NCBI GenBank assembly: GCA_903918885.1
Contig: CAIXFY010000019.1
Coordinates: forward strand, 3,924-67,923
Length of the DNA: 64,000 nt
Direction: 5' to 3'
DNA from: an uncultured Verrucomicrobia subdivision 3 bacterium
Lineage (GTDB): Bacteria; Verrucomicrobiota; Verrucomicrobiia; Limisphaerales; UBA11358
Under the pieces are notes generated by a model. The model was given only the letters and a program-made list of their open reading frames with translations. It was not told the origin of the DNA and searched no databases. The position numbers were made by a program, and so were the translations under genes. Below, piece by piece: positions 10,091 through 19,766 of the stretch. Numbering within the stretch: the stretch's first letter is position 1; every line of letters starts with the position of its first letter.

Positions 10091-10909
10091 ATGAGTCTGC
10101 CCGCCGACTTTTCACCACCTTCGCAACGCCAATCTGCTGCCAACCCAGCGTGGCCACAGCAATTACTATTGACGCTCACGCTCGTAACGGCGGCGGCCAG
10201 CCTGTTTGTGACCACGCGGCAAAGCGCTCCGGTAGACGCGTTCATGCTTGCGTTGGCGGCGGCAGCGTCAATCACGATTCTCGCACGCAACCTGCCGCTG
10301 CAAAGCGTGCTGTTCGCCGCGTTCATAACGGCCATCATCGGCGGCGCGGCGCATGGTTTGAGCGCGCGAACCGGATTGCCGTTCGGCCCGCTATCCTTCG
10401 GCGAACAGAGCGGTCCGCAACTTTTCAACTGCGTGCCGTGGACGGTCCCGCTCATCTGGATCGTGGTAGTTTTCAATTCACGTAGCGTCGCGCGGCTAGT
10501 GTTGCGACCGTGGCGCAAGGTCAAAAACTACGGCTTCCTGCTCATGAGTTTAACGGCGTTACTGGCCTTGATTTTCGATTTTGCGCTGGAGCCGTTTGCA
10601 CGAATGAAACATCTCTGGCTGTGGCAGCCGACGAAAATGTCTGTGACCTGGTTCGGCGCGTCGCCGTTGAGCTTTATCGGCTGGATATTTGTGACCGGAC
10701 TCATCCTCGCCGTCATCATGCCCTACCTCATCCGCAAGCAGCCCGGCCATCCGACCGCACCGGATTACGCGCCACTGGTTCTGTGGCTGGGCGCGGTGAC
10801 GCTGTTTGGCATCAATGCCGTAGAAGCACAGCGGTGGTCAGCGGTGGCCGTGGATACAATCATCGACGCCTTAGTTGCGGTCGCTTGCTGGCGCGGCGCG
10901 AAGTGGTGA
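10091..10909 (+). CDS. polytopic membrane protein, possibly carotenoid-biosynthesis-protein (DUF422/PF04240)-like
   Basis: 272-aa ORF with about 7 hydrophobic segments. The FDFALEPFARMKHLWLWQP motif resembles PF04240 as I remember it. The family call is tentative. Confidence 0.55.
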   Translation: MSLPADFSPPSQRQSAANPAWPQQLLLTLTLVTAAASLFVTTRQSAPVDAFMLALAAAASITILARNLPLQSVLFAAFITAIIGGAAHGLSARTGLPFGPLSFGEQSGPQLFNCVPWTVPLIWIVVVFNSRSVARLVLRPWRKVKNYGFLLMSLTALLALIFDFALEPFARMKHLWLWQPTKMSVTWFGASPLSFIGWIFVTGLILAVIMPYLIRKQPGHPTAPDYAPLVLWLGAVTLFGINAVEAQRWSAVAVDTIIDALVAVACWRGAKW

Positions 10910-10910
10910 A

Positions 10911-12212
10911 TCAAATTTTCCGCGTCAACTTCAATTTGCCGACGCGCGGGCCGTCCATCTCCTCGACGCGCAGTTCAAAATTTCCGACCGTGATGACGTC
11001 ACCCGGCTTCGGAAAGCCGCCGAGTTTTTCCGTCACCCAACCGCTCGCGGTCGTCGTGTTTTCATCGTGCGGCACAGTGCCGATGATTTTCTCCAGTTCA
11101 TGCAGCGCCAGCGTGCCGACGGCTTCCCAGACATTTTCACCAAGCCGCACCAGTTCGGATTTTTCCGTGTCAAACTCGTCCTGAATCTGCCCGACGATGG
11201 CTTCGATGGCGTTTTCCAAAGTGACGATGCCGACCGTTCCGCCGAATTCGTCCACCACCACGGCGAAATGCGTTTTGCGGTCGAGGAAGCGCCGGAGCAA
11301 CCCGTCGAGCCGCGCCGTTTCGGGCAGATAAAACAGCGGTCGCGCCGCCGGCAACAAATCTGCCGCCGTCTTGGCGCGCTCCCGCAACGGATACAAATCC
11401 TTGATGTGAACCACGCCGAGCGTGCGGTCCAAATCGCCGTCCGCACAGATGGGAAAGCGCGAGTAACGCGTCTTCTCCGCCAGCGCGAGGCATTCGGCGA
11501 TCGTGGCGGCGGAATCGAAGAAGGTGATTTCATTGCGCGGGCGCATCACTTCGCGCGCCGTGCGGTGGCGCAAATCCAATGCGTTTAAAATTAAGTCGCG
11601 CCGGTCCGCCGAGCCGCGCGCGGCGGCCAGGACCATGCGCAATTCCTCTTCCGAATGCTCGTCGCTCAGTTCGTCACCGGCGAAACCGAGCCACCGCAAA
11701 ACCACCTGCGATGAGCGGTGCAGCACCCAGATGAACGGGAACGAAACGCGGTAAAACAGGTTCAGCGGCCCGGCCGTCCACAGCGAAGTCGCCAGCGTGC
11801 GGCGGATGGCAATCGCTTTCGGCACGAGCTCGCCCGCGATGATGAGCAAAAAGCAATTCACGAAAAAGCCGACGCCGATGGCGACGGTCTGCTGCGTGTG
11901 TTCATTGGAAATTTTCAGTAGCCGGAACACGGGTTCGAGCAGACTGGTGAAGACGGGTTCCACTAAAACGCCCAGCGCCATGCTCGCGAGCGTGATGCCA
12001 AACTGCGTCGCGCCAATGTAGGCGTCAAGGTGCGCAACGATGTGACGCGCCCGTTTCGCGCGGCGGTTGCCGGCGGCGGCGAGGGACGCGAGCTGCGTGT
12101 CGCGGATACGGACGAACGCCAGCTCCGCCGCGACGAAAAAGGCATTGCCCATCACCAGCGCCGCGACGGCGAGCAATTTCCAGCCGTCCCGGATGATGGC
12201 GTCCCAGTTCAC
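10911..12212 (-). CDS. CNNM/HlyC/CorC-family protein (DUF21 + CBS pair + CorC_HlyC)
   Basis: 433-aa ORF with an N-terminal 4-TM DUF21, a CBS pair (REVMRPRNEI..., LGVVHIKDL) and a C-terminal transporter-associated domain. Its GTG start overlaps the upstream stop (GTGA at 12209-12212). Confidence 0.85.
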   Translation of the reverse strand: MNWDAIIRDGWKLLAVAALVMGNAFFVAAELAFVRIRDTQLASLAAAGNRRAKRARHIVAHLDAYIGATQFGITLASMALGVLVEPVFTSLLEPVFRLLKISNEHTQQTVAIGVGFFVNCFLLIIAGELVPKAIAIRRTLATSLWTAGPLNLFYRVSFPFIWVLHRSSQVVLRWLGFAGDELSDEHSEEELRMVLAAARGSADRRDLILNALDLRHRTAREVMRPRNEITFFDSAATIAECLALAEKTRYSRFPICADGDLDRTLGVVHIKDLYPLRERAKTAADLLPAARPLFYLPETARLDGLLRRFLDRKTHFAVVVDEFGGTVGIVTLENAIEAIVGQIQDEFDTEKSELVRLGENVWEAVGTLALHELEKIIGTVPHDENTTTASGWVTEKLGGFPKPGDVITVGNFELRVEEMDGPRVGKLKLTRKI

Positions 12213-13198
12213 AGTTTCACCTCGCCGAACATGAGCTTCAAAATGTCTTCCAGCGTGACGACGCCGACCTCGCGGCCGTCGCGCGCGAGCACCACGGCCA
12301 TGCGCTGACCGGCGCGTTGCATTCGGCGCAAGGCGATTTCCAGCCGCGTGTCATCGTCCAGAAACAACGCGGGCGACATAAATTCCGCCGCCGGTTTTTC
12401 CAGCGCAAGATTTTCGCGGAAAAGTAACTGGTTCACATCAAGCAGTCCGGCAATGCGATTTTTGCCGTCGCGATTTTCCCAGACCGGCAGGCGCGAAAGG
12501 TTTTTCCCACCCGCAAGCGCCAGCGCTTCGCGCAAGCTGGTTTGCGCCTGCACGGAAAAGGTTTTTTCCAGCGGCACAGTGATTTGCGCAACTGTGAAAT
12601 GCTGCAGGTCCAAAACGCGGTTGACCATCGCGTGCTCGTCGCCAGTCAGCGCCTGCGCGGCTTCAGCCATGACCGCGCGCATCTCCTCGCGGTTACCAAA
12701 TAGCCGGCCGGTCAGCGTCCGCGAGCCTCGCCAGCGAAGGACGAACTGCGACACACCCTCAACGACGGTCACCACCGGACTCAATGCGAGATACACGAAG
12801 CGGAATACATTCGCCGACGCCAGACACAAGCGATTGGGATAAGTGCGGAAAAGCATTTTTGGCAGCAGATCGGAGAACGAATAAAACAGGAATACGATGA
12901 CCGTCAACAACACCACAATCAAAATTGTCTGACCGCCGAACCAGTCGTGGATTTTCGCGATGATCCAGCCGAGGATGATGAAATTCACCAGCGTGTTGCC
13001 GACCAGAATCGTCCACAGAAAGCGCTCCGGCTGGTCGAGAAAATTATTCAACAGCCGCGCCTGCGCGTTGCCCGTGCGCGCCAGCCGCCGCACGCGCAAT
13101 CGGTTAAGCGCAAACACGCCGGCTTCCATGCCTGAGAGCAAAAACGAGAGCAGCAGGCACAGCCCGAGGCCGAAAAAGGTGGTCAGTGGCGCGCTCAT
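12209..13198 (-). CDS. CNNM-family protein (DUF21 + CBS pair, no CorC_HlyC tail)
   Basis: 329-aa ORF with a DUF21-type N-terminus (SGMEAGVFALNRLRVRRL) and a CBS pair, ending right after the second CBS. Its start overlaps the upstream stop (ATGA at 13195-13198). Confidence 0.8.
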   Translation of the reverse strand: MSAPLTTFFGLGLCLLLSFLLSGMEAGVFALNRLRVRRLARTGNAQARLLNNFLDQPERFLWTILVGNTLVNFIILGWIIAKIHDWFGGQTILIVVLLTVIVFLFYSFSDLLPKMLFRTYPNRLCLASANVFRFVYLALSPVVTVVEGVSQFVLRWRGSRTLTGRLFGNREEMRAVMAEAAQALTGDEHAMVNRVLDLQHFTVAQITVPLEKTFSVQAQTSLREALALAGGKNLSRLPVWENRDGKNRIAGLLDVNQLLFRENLALEKPAAEFMSPALFLDDDTRLEIALRRMQRAGQRMAVVLARDGREVGVVTLEDILKLMFGEVKL

Positions 13199-14415
13199 TT
13201 GACGGCCTCCACCAAGAGTTCCCGCACGCGCCGTTCGTCGGCGACCTGCGCGGTGAATTTCAAACCGGCAAACACCGTTGATTCGCCCGCGGCCGGCACG
13301 ATGCCGAGCAGATGCGAGAGTAAACCGCCCATCGTCTCCACCTCGGCGACTTCGGGCAGCGCGGGAAATTCGCGGCGAAAATCCTCCAGCCGCATGGTGC
13401 CGTTGACGCGCCAGCGACCGGGCGAAATCTTTTCCAGCACGAAACCCTGCGGCTCGGTGGCCACGCGGATTTTACCAACGATGCCGCCGAGGATGTCTTC
13501 CATCGTCACCAGACCGGCGGCGCAACCGAATTCGTCCAGCACAATGGCGAGGCCGCGCTGTTGCTTTTGCAGCGCGCGGAATAGGAGCAGCAGATTCATG
13601 GATTCCGGCACGAACGACGGAAATTCAATGACCTCCGCCAGATCAATCTTGGGATCAAGCAACAGCGCACGGGTGTTCAGGATGCCGACGATGGTGTCAG
13701 GCGTTTCGTCGTAGATTGGCAGCCGACGATGCTTGTGCTGGCGCGCGGCGGCGAGCATTTCATCCACCGTCGCGTCGTCGGAAACGCTCACCATGCCGGC
13801 GCGCGAACGCATCACGTCGCGCGCGGTGCGGCGGTCGAGACTGATGATTTGTAAAATGATTTCGCGTTCGGATTCGTCGAGCGTGCCCTGCTGCCAGGCG
13901 AGTTCGATGAGTTCCTGATATTCCGCCTCGGTGACGGCGGCGGGCGGCGTGGATTTTTCGGCCGCCTGCTTGAGGATGGCGGCGTTCGTCCATTGCGCGG
14001 CGCGGTAAAACGGCTTGGTCACGCGGCGAAATACCAGCAGTAGCCACGCGACCCGTAGCGCCCAGCGTTCCGGCTGCCGCACGGCGAGCGTCTTGGGCAG
14101 CACCTCGCCAATGAGCAACACCACCACCACGAGTGCAAGCATCGTGAGGCCGAGCGCCCAGTGGGAATTGAACACCATGCGCAGCGCGGCAGCGAGGATG
14201 GCGGCGTTAGCGAAGGTGTTGCCGAGCGCGAGGGTAGCCTGTAAATCGTGTGGGCGTTCGAGCAGTTCGGAAACGATTTTTCCGGCGCGGGAACTTTTTT
14301 CGGCAAGCTGCGTCACCTGCCATTTGCTCAAGGAAAACAGGGAGGTTTCCGCCAGCGCAAAGAAGAAACTCGCGCCCGCGAAAAGAACCATCGCCGTGAT
14401 GATCGCCGTTTCCAC
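13195..14415 (-). CDS. CNNM/HlyC/CorC-family protein (DUF21 + CBS pair + CorC_HlyC)
   Basis: 406-aa ORF with the same architecture as 10911-12212. It is the first gene of the three-gene array. Confidence 0.85.
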   Translation of the reverse strand: METAIITAMVLFAGASFFFALAETSLFSLSKWQVTQLAEKSSRAGKIVSELLERPHDLQATLALGNTFANAAILAAALRMVFNSHWALGLTMLALVVVVLLIGEVLPKTLAVRQPERWALRVAWLLLVFRRVTKPFYRAAQWTNAAILKQAAEKSTPPAAVTEAEYQELIELAWQQGTLDESEREIILQIISLDRRTARDVMRSRAGMVSVSDDATVDEMLAAARQHKHRRLPIYDETPDTIVGILNTRALLLDPKIDLAEVIEFPSFVPESMNLLLLFRALQKQQRGLAIVLDEFGCAAGLVTMEDILGGIVGKIRVATEPQGFVLEKISPGRWRVNGTMRLEDFRREFPALPEVAEVETMGGLLSHLLGIVPAAGESTVFAGLKFTAQVADERRVRELLVEAVK

Positions 14416-14522
14416 GCGGACAAGCTAAAGGAAAATCGAGTCTCGGAAAAGGCGAATTGCGACGCAGGTGCGCACTTTTGAATCAGGAAAATCTTTACTC
14501 TTTTTTTCCAAATCCGCAGAGT

Positions 14523-16523
14523 ATGCGCGTGTTGATTGATAGCGATTCACGGGGCAATCCGGCAGACCAGACGCCGGTGACTCCGATGCCAGACGAATTT
14601 ATTTCCAAGTTTCAGGCCGCCCTCAAGCGGTCACAGGATTTTCTTTTGTCCGAACAAAAAGCGGAAGGTTATTGGGTTGGTGAACTGATGGTGGATTCGA
14701 CGCTCGTTTCGGACACAGTGGCTTACCATCACTGGCACGGCAAGGTGGACAAGGAATGGCAACGCAAGGCGGTGAACCACATTTTCTCGATGCAGTTGCC
14801 GGACGGCGGCTGGAACATCTATCACGGCGGCCCGTCGGAAGTGAACGCCACCATCAAGGCGTATCTCGCGCTCAAACTCGCGGGTGTGCCGGTGAAAGAT
14901 CCGCGCATGTTAAAGGCACGCGAAGTCGCGCTGCACTTCGGTGGCGTGCCGCGCATGAACACCTTTTCCAAATTGTATCTCGCGCTCATCGGCTTGTTTC
15001 CTTGGGAATATGTCCCAACGATTCCGTGCGAGGTGTTGCTCATCGGCAAATGGTTCCACGTCAATTTCTGGGATATGAGCAACTGGTCGCGCGGGATGCT
15101 CGTGCCACTGGCCATCATCAATCATTACAAACCGACGCACGCGGTGAACGTGACGCTTGATGAGCTTTATCCCGAAGGCATTCACGAACGCGACCTTGCG
15201 CTCGCGCCCGATCCGGAAAAAATTTCGCTCCGAAACTTTTTCCTCTGGCTCGACCGGCTGCACAAATTGGCGGAATGGTTTGTGGAACACGGCTTGCATC
15301 CGTTCCGCAAAACCGCGTTGAAACGTTGCGAACAGTGGATGCTCGAACGCTTCGAGGGCAGCGACGGTCTCGCGGCGATTTTTCCGGCGATGCTCAATTC
15401 GCTCATCGCCCTCAAGGCGCTGGGCTATGCGGACGACCATCCGCAAGTCATCCGCGCCGCGCACGAGTTGAAAAAAATCGAACACGAGGAAATAGATTCT
15501 GTTCGCATCGAACCGTGCTTCTCGCCGGTGTGGGACACGGCCATCGTTTCCATTTGCCTGCGCGAATCCGGCGTGCCCGCCGACCATCCGAAAATGAAAC
15601 GCGCCACCGAATGGTTGATGGAAAAGGAAATCCGTTTTGCCGGCGACTGGATTCACAAGAATCCCGCGAAGGTCGAACCGAGCGGCTGGGTGTTTGAATA
15701 CAACAACAAGTGGAACCCCGACGTGGACGACACCGCGATGGTGCTGCTCGCGTTGCGCCTGACGCCCACGGACAATCCGGCCAAGCGCGACGAGTGCTTC
15801 AAGCGCGGCCTGAAATGGATGATGACCTTTCAGTGCAAGGACGGCGGCTGGGCGGCGTTCGACAAGGATTGCACCAAGAACATCCTCGAAAAAGTCCCGT
15901 TCGCCGATCACAACGCGATGCTCGATCCCGAGTGCGCCGACATCACCGCGCGTATTTTGGAACTGCTCGGCTACGAGCATTGGGACCGCAACCACCACCA
16001 GATTCTCGACGCGATTGATTACGTCCGCCGCCAGCAGGAGGAAGACGGCTCGTGGTATGGCCGCTGGGGCGTGAATTACATTTACGGCACCTGGCAGGTC
16101 TTGCGCGGCATGCGCGCGCTGAACCTGAACATGAACGAAGACTGGCTCCAGCGCGGCCGCGCGTGGCTCGAAAGCGTCCAGCACGAAGACGGCGGCTGGG
16201 GCGAACGCTGCAACACCTACGACGATCCCGTATTCAAGGGCCAGGGGCCGAGCACCGCGTCGCAAACCGCGTGGGCGGTCATGGGATTATGCGCGTTTGA
16301 CGACCCCGAAAATCCCGCGCTCAAGCGCGGCATCGAATATCTCGCGCGCACGCAAAACGCCGACGGCTCGTGGACGGAAGCCGAGACAACCGGCACGGGC
16401 TTCCCGAAAGTGTTCTATTTGAAATACGACATGTATCGCAACGCGTGGCCGCTGCTCGCGCTAGGCACATACAGGCAAATCTGCGAACGCGCGGCGGCGA
16501 AAAAGAACGGAGCAGCCAAGTAA
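14523..16523 (+). CDS. shc: squalene-hopene cyclase
   Basis: The catalytic DVDDTA motif lies at 15720-15737. There are multiple QW repeats (e.g. QQEEDGSWYGRWG, QHEDGGWGE, QNADGSW). The start is uncertain: ATG 14523, ATG 14586, or the ORF-track start 14457. Confidence 0.9.
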   Translation: MRVLIDSDSRGNPADQTPVTPMPDEFISKFQAALKRSQDFLLSEQKAEGYWVGELMVDSTLVSDTVAYHHWHGKVDKEWQRKAVNHIFSMQLPDGGWNIYHGGPSEVNATIKAYLALKLAGVPVKDPRMLKAREVALHFGGVPRMNTFSKLYLALIGLFPWEYVPTIPCEVLLIGKWFHVNFWDMSNWSRGMLVPLAIINHYKPTHAVNVTLDELYPEGIHERDLALAPDPEKISLRNFFLWLDRLHKLAEWFVEHGLHPFRKTALKRCEQWMLERFEGSDGLAAIFPAMLNSLIALKALGYADDHPQVIRAAHELKKIEHEEIDSVRIEPCFSPVWDTAIVSICLRESGVPADHPKMKRATEWLMEKEIRFAGDWIHKNPAKVEPSGWVFEYNNKWNPDVDDTAMVLLALRLTPTDNPAKRDECFKRGLKWMMTFQCKDGGWAAFDKDCTKNILEKVPFADHNAMLDPECADITARILELLGYEHWDRNHHQILDAIDYVRRQQEEDGSWYGRWGVNYIYGTWQVLRGMRALNLNMNEDWLQRGRAWLESVQHEDGGWGERCNTYDDPVFKGQGPSTASQTAWAVMGLCAFDDPENPALKRGIEYLARTQNADGSWTEAETTGTGFPKVFYLKYDMYRNAWPLLALGTYRQICERAAAKKNGAAK

Positions 16524-16524
16524 A

Positions 16525-17625
16525 ATGGGCTGGCTCCACAAAAAACTCATCCGCCCCCTGCTCTTCCGGCAGGATTCCGAACGCGCCCACAACCACGCGG
16601 TCACTTCGCTCGGTTACGTTTGCAAAATTCCCTTTGCCGGTAACGTCGTTGAATCACTTTTCGCCGCGCCGCCGCTGCCGGTGGAATTATTCGGCCTCAC
16701 TTTTCCAAATCCCGTCGGCCTCGCCGCCGGCATGGACAAATTCGGCTTTGCCCTGCCCGGATGGGAAAAGCTCGGCTTCGGGCACGTCGAACTCGGCGGC
16801 GTGACCTGGCACGCGCAGCCCGGCAACCCGCCGCCGCGCATGTTCCGCGCGATTCCCGCCGAGGCCGTCATCAACCGCATGGGCTTCAACAACCCCGGCG
16901 CGCCGACCTTCGCGCTCAAGCTCGCCGAATTGAAAAAATCCAACCGCTGGCCGAGCCATCCCGTCGGCGTCAACCTCGGCAAATCCAAGATCACGCCGCT
17001 GGAAAAGGCCGCCGAAGATTACGCGAATTCCTTCCGCGCGCTGCGCGACCTCGCGGATTTCTTCGTCGTCAACGTCAGTTCGCCGAACACGCCGAATCTG
17101 CGCCAGCTTCAGGACAAGGCGGCGCTCGATGAAATTTTCGCCGGGTTGCAGGCGGAAAATGTTACGGCTAAAAAACCGATCCTCGTCAAAGTCGCGCCGG
17201 ACTTGTCGTTTGAGGCGCTCGATGAAATTCTCGAACTCGTCGCCCCGCGCAGCATCGCCGGCATCGTGGCGACGAATACGACCATTTCCCGCCCGCAGAC
17301 CAACGACGCGGCGCTGCAAAAGGTTTACGCCGAGACCGGCGGCTTGAGCGGCAAGCCGCTGCGCGAGCGCAGCACGGAAGTGGTGCGGCATCTTTACCGC
17401 CAAACGCGCGGCCGGGTTCCCATCATCGGCGTGGGAGGAATTTTCAACGCGGACGACGCGTGGGAAAAAATCACGGCCGGCGCAGCGCTCGTGCAATGTT
17501 ATACCGGCCTAGTTTACGAAGGCCCCGGGCTCGCGAAACAAACCGTTGCCGGCCTGCGCGCCAAGCTGGACGCTTCCGGCTTCAAAAATTTGCGCGAAGC
17601 CATCGGCTCGGCCAATCGCGTTTGA
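16525..17625 (+). CDS. pyrD: dihydroorotate dehydrogenase (quinone), class 2
   Basis: 366-aa ORF. Motifs GLAAGMDK, GFGHVELGGVT, NRMGFNN, VNLGKSK and IIGVGGI are typical of class 2 PyrD. It starts 2 nt after the shc stop. Confidence 0.9.
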   Translation: MGWLHKKLIRPLLFRQDSERAHNHAVTSLGYVCKIPFAGNVVESLFAAPPLPVELFGLTFPNPVGLAAGMDKFGFALPGWEKLGFGHVELGGVTWHAQPGNPPPRMFRAIPAEAVINRMGFNNPGAPTFALKLAELKKSNRWPSHPVGVNLGKSKITPLEKAAEDYANSFRALRDLADFFVVNVSSPNTPNLRQLQDKAALDEIFAGLQAENVTAKKPILVKVAPDLSFEALDEILELVAPRSIAGIVATNTTISRPQTNDAALQKVYAETGGLSGKPLRERSTEVVRHLYRQTRGRVPIIGVGGIFNADDAWEKITAGAALVQCYTGLVYEGPGLAKQTVAGLRAKLDASGFKNLREAIGSANRV

Positions 17626-17663
17626 TTTTTACACGAGGTTGCAAGCTCGTTATTCTTACACCC

Positions 17664-18503
17664 ATGCATTTTGCTTTCACAAAATACCACGCGCTCGGCA
17701 ACGACTACATCGTCATCAACCCGAAAGATTTGCCTGCGCCGCTCACGACTGAACAAGTCAAAACCATCTGCCACCGAAATTTCGGCGTCGGCTCGGACGG
17801 CATTCTCCTCGGACCACTGCCGTCAACCACGGCAATGTGTGCGCTCAAGATTTACAATCCCGACGGTAGCATCGCGGAGAAAAGCGGTAACGGCGTCCGT
17901 ATTTTTTCACGCTATCTCTGGGACATGAAGTTCGTAGGCAACGATGAATTTGCACTGCAAACCGACGGCGGCATCGTGCGTTCTACCGTGTTTGACGGTG
18001 GCAAAATGGTGCGTGTTGAGATGGGTCACGTCAGTTTCGATAGCGAAAAAATTCCCGTCGTTGGCGCGAAGCGCGAAGTCATCAACGAAAAAATTTCCGT
18101 GGGCGGACGCGAATTTACTTTTTGCGCGGCGACCATCGGCAATCCGCACTGCGTCCTGCCGCTGCCGGAAATCAGCGCCGACCTTGCGCACAAATTCGGT
18201 CCGCTGCTTGAAGTTCATCCAAACTTCCCCCGCAAGACCAACGTGCAATTTCTGAAAGTCCTCGACCGTGCGAATATTCAAATTGAGATTTGGGAACGTG
18301 GTGCTGGCTACACGCTGGCCAGCGGCAGCAGTAGCAGCGCGAGTGCAGCAGTGGCACACAAGCTTGGCCTGGTTGATCGCAGTGTGAATGTGCATTGCCC
18401 CGGCGGCAGCATCCAGATTGAGATTGGTGAAAACTTTGCCATCCAGATGACCGGCAGCGTGACGCGCGTGGCCGAAGGCCTCACTTCGCCGGAAATGTTT
18501 TAG
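17664..18503 (+). CDS. dapF: diaminopimelate epimerase
   Basis: MHFAFTKYHALGNDYIVI N-terminus, active-site context IYNPDGSIAEKSGNG and GNPHCV, and WERGAGYTLASGSSS. The ORF-track start 17460 overlaps pyrD and is rejected. Confidence 0.9.
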   Translation: MHFAFTKYHALGNDYIVINPKDLPAPLTTEQVKTICHRNFGVGSDGILLGPLPSTTAMCALKIYNPDGSIAEKSGNGVRIFSRYLWDMKFVGNDEFALQTDGGIVRSTVFDGGKMVRVEMGHVSFDSEKIPVVGAKREVINEKISVGGREFTFCAATIGNPHCVLPLPEISADLAHKFGPLLEVHPNFPRKTNVQFLKVLDRANIQIEIWERGAGYTLASGSSSSASAAVAHKLGLVDRSVNVHCPGGSIQIEIGENFAIQMTGSVTRVAEGLTSPEMF

Positions 18504-18678
18504 AACAAGCTTTTTTCCCAGCGGCAAAACTCTGGAATGTAATCGGTGTTTTTGCAGATTGCCAAGCAGTGGTGTTATTGCAATAGGGGATTCACCTATT
18601 AACATTGCGCTTCCACCTAATTCTAATCAGGGGTTCCGCCAATTGTATAAGCCCTGCCAGTTAGCTTAAATTGCCCAC

Positions 18679-19656
18679 ATGCAAACAATAATTGGCAAGC
18701 CGGAAAACAATAACGTGGGTAACAAAGACAATTTCAGCCAAAAAAATTTCAGTGATCACTCTCCGTCCGAGAATGGCCACGGCAACCGCGTGCTGGTGGA
18801 TGCGCTCACCAATTCCCGCACTTACCGCGACTACGAACGCGCGTTCAGCGACATGACTGGCCTACCCATCGCTTTGCAGCCTGTCGAGACCTGGCAGTTG
18901 CCGCACCATGGCAAACGAAATGAAAATGCTTTTTGCGCCCTGCTCTCAAAAAAGAGCCGTGCTTGTGCCGCCTGTCTGCAAACACAGGAACATTTGTGCC
19001 AAACTGCCGTAGCAGAAGCCAAGACGGTGGTCTGCCCCGTCGGATTGAGCGACTCGGCGGTGCCAGTGCACATGAGCGATCGGCTCATCGGATTCCTGCA
19101 AATCGGTCAAGTGTTTCGCAAGAAACCCACCGAAGGTCAGTTCAATAGAGTAGCCCAACTCTGTCAAAAATGGGGCGTGGAAGCCAACCGTGAAGCCCTG
19201 CGTAAAGCCTATTTTTCTGGCAAGGTCATTTCACAAAAGGAACACGATTCCGCCATTAAGCTGCTTTCTATTTTTGCCCAACACCTAGCCATGTTGAGCA
19301 ATCAAGTTTTCATCCAGCAGGAAAACGCCGAATCACCGGTCATCACCAAGGCGCGCGCCTACATCCAAGAACATCAAACTGAGGAAATTTCCCTCGGTCA
19401 GGTCGCCAAAGCCGTGAACATGAGCAGCTATTACTTCTGTAAGATGTTCAAAAAAGTTACCGGCATCAATTTCACGGATTACGTCGCGCGTATCCGTATT
19501 GAGAAATCCAAGAATCTCCTGCTGAACCCCAATTTACGCGTCAGCGAAATCGCCTTTGAGGTCGGCTTCCAATCGCTCACGCACTTCAACCGCGTATTCA
19601 AAAAAATTCTCGGCCAGTCGCCCACGGAATACCGTGCGCAATTATTGGCGCATTGA
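18679..19656 (+). CDS. AraC-family transcriptional regulator with PocR-like sensory domain
   Basis: The C-terminal HTH_18/AraC signature is present (LGQVAKAVNMSSYYFCKMFKK...FQSLTHFNRVFKKILGQSPTEYR). The N-terminal Cys-containing region (FCALL...CAACL...CPVGLSDSAVPV...IGFLQIGQV) resembles the PocR domain. Confidence 0.8.
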   Translation: MQTIIGKPENNNVGNKDNFSQKNFSDHSPSENGHGNRVLVDALTNSRTYRDYERAFSDMTGLPIALQPVETWQLPHHGKRNENAFCALLSKKSRACAACLQTQEHLCQTAVAEAKTVVCPVGLSDSAVPVHMSDRLIGFLQIGQVFRKKPTEGQFNRVAQLCQKWGVEANREALRKAYFSGKVISQKEHDSAIKLLSIFAQHLAMLSNQVFIQQENAESPVITKARAYIQEHQTEEISLGQVAKAVNMSSYYFCKMFKKVTGINFTDYVARIRIEKSKNLLLNPNLRVSEIAFEVGFQSLTHFNRVFKKILGQSPTEYRAQLLAH

Positions 19657-19766
19657 CCGCGCCGATGAGACGTTCCATTTCTACCAGCCAATCGCGGGTT
19701 CTCTTCGATTCGGTTATTGGCATTGGCTTTGGGCGGCAAATTTCCGATATTCCCGTGAACAACGGG

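Noticed and set aside
14910-16265. 451-aa ORF antisense to shc. The same pattern applies at 35794-36867 (acs), 38520-39773 (rfbB/reductase), 44947-46122 and 46465-47346 (GH fusion), 48000-48917 (kduD), 52576-53481 and 53515-54558 (oxidoreductase/TIM barrel), 20436-21521 (kinase/regulator), 22511-23560 (Pat-like) and 32107-33027 (hppA).
   Set aside because: All lie opposite genes with strong family signatures. All have R/A/G/H-rich composition and lack any recognisable domain. They are treated as non-coding shadows.
18582-18600. AATAGG-N7-CCTATT palindrome upstream of the AraC-family gene, considered as an operator
   Set aside because: The half-sites are only 6 bp in an AT-rich spacer, so chance occurrence is plausible.
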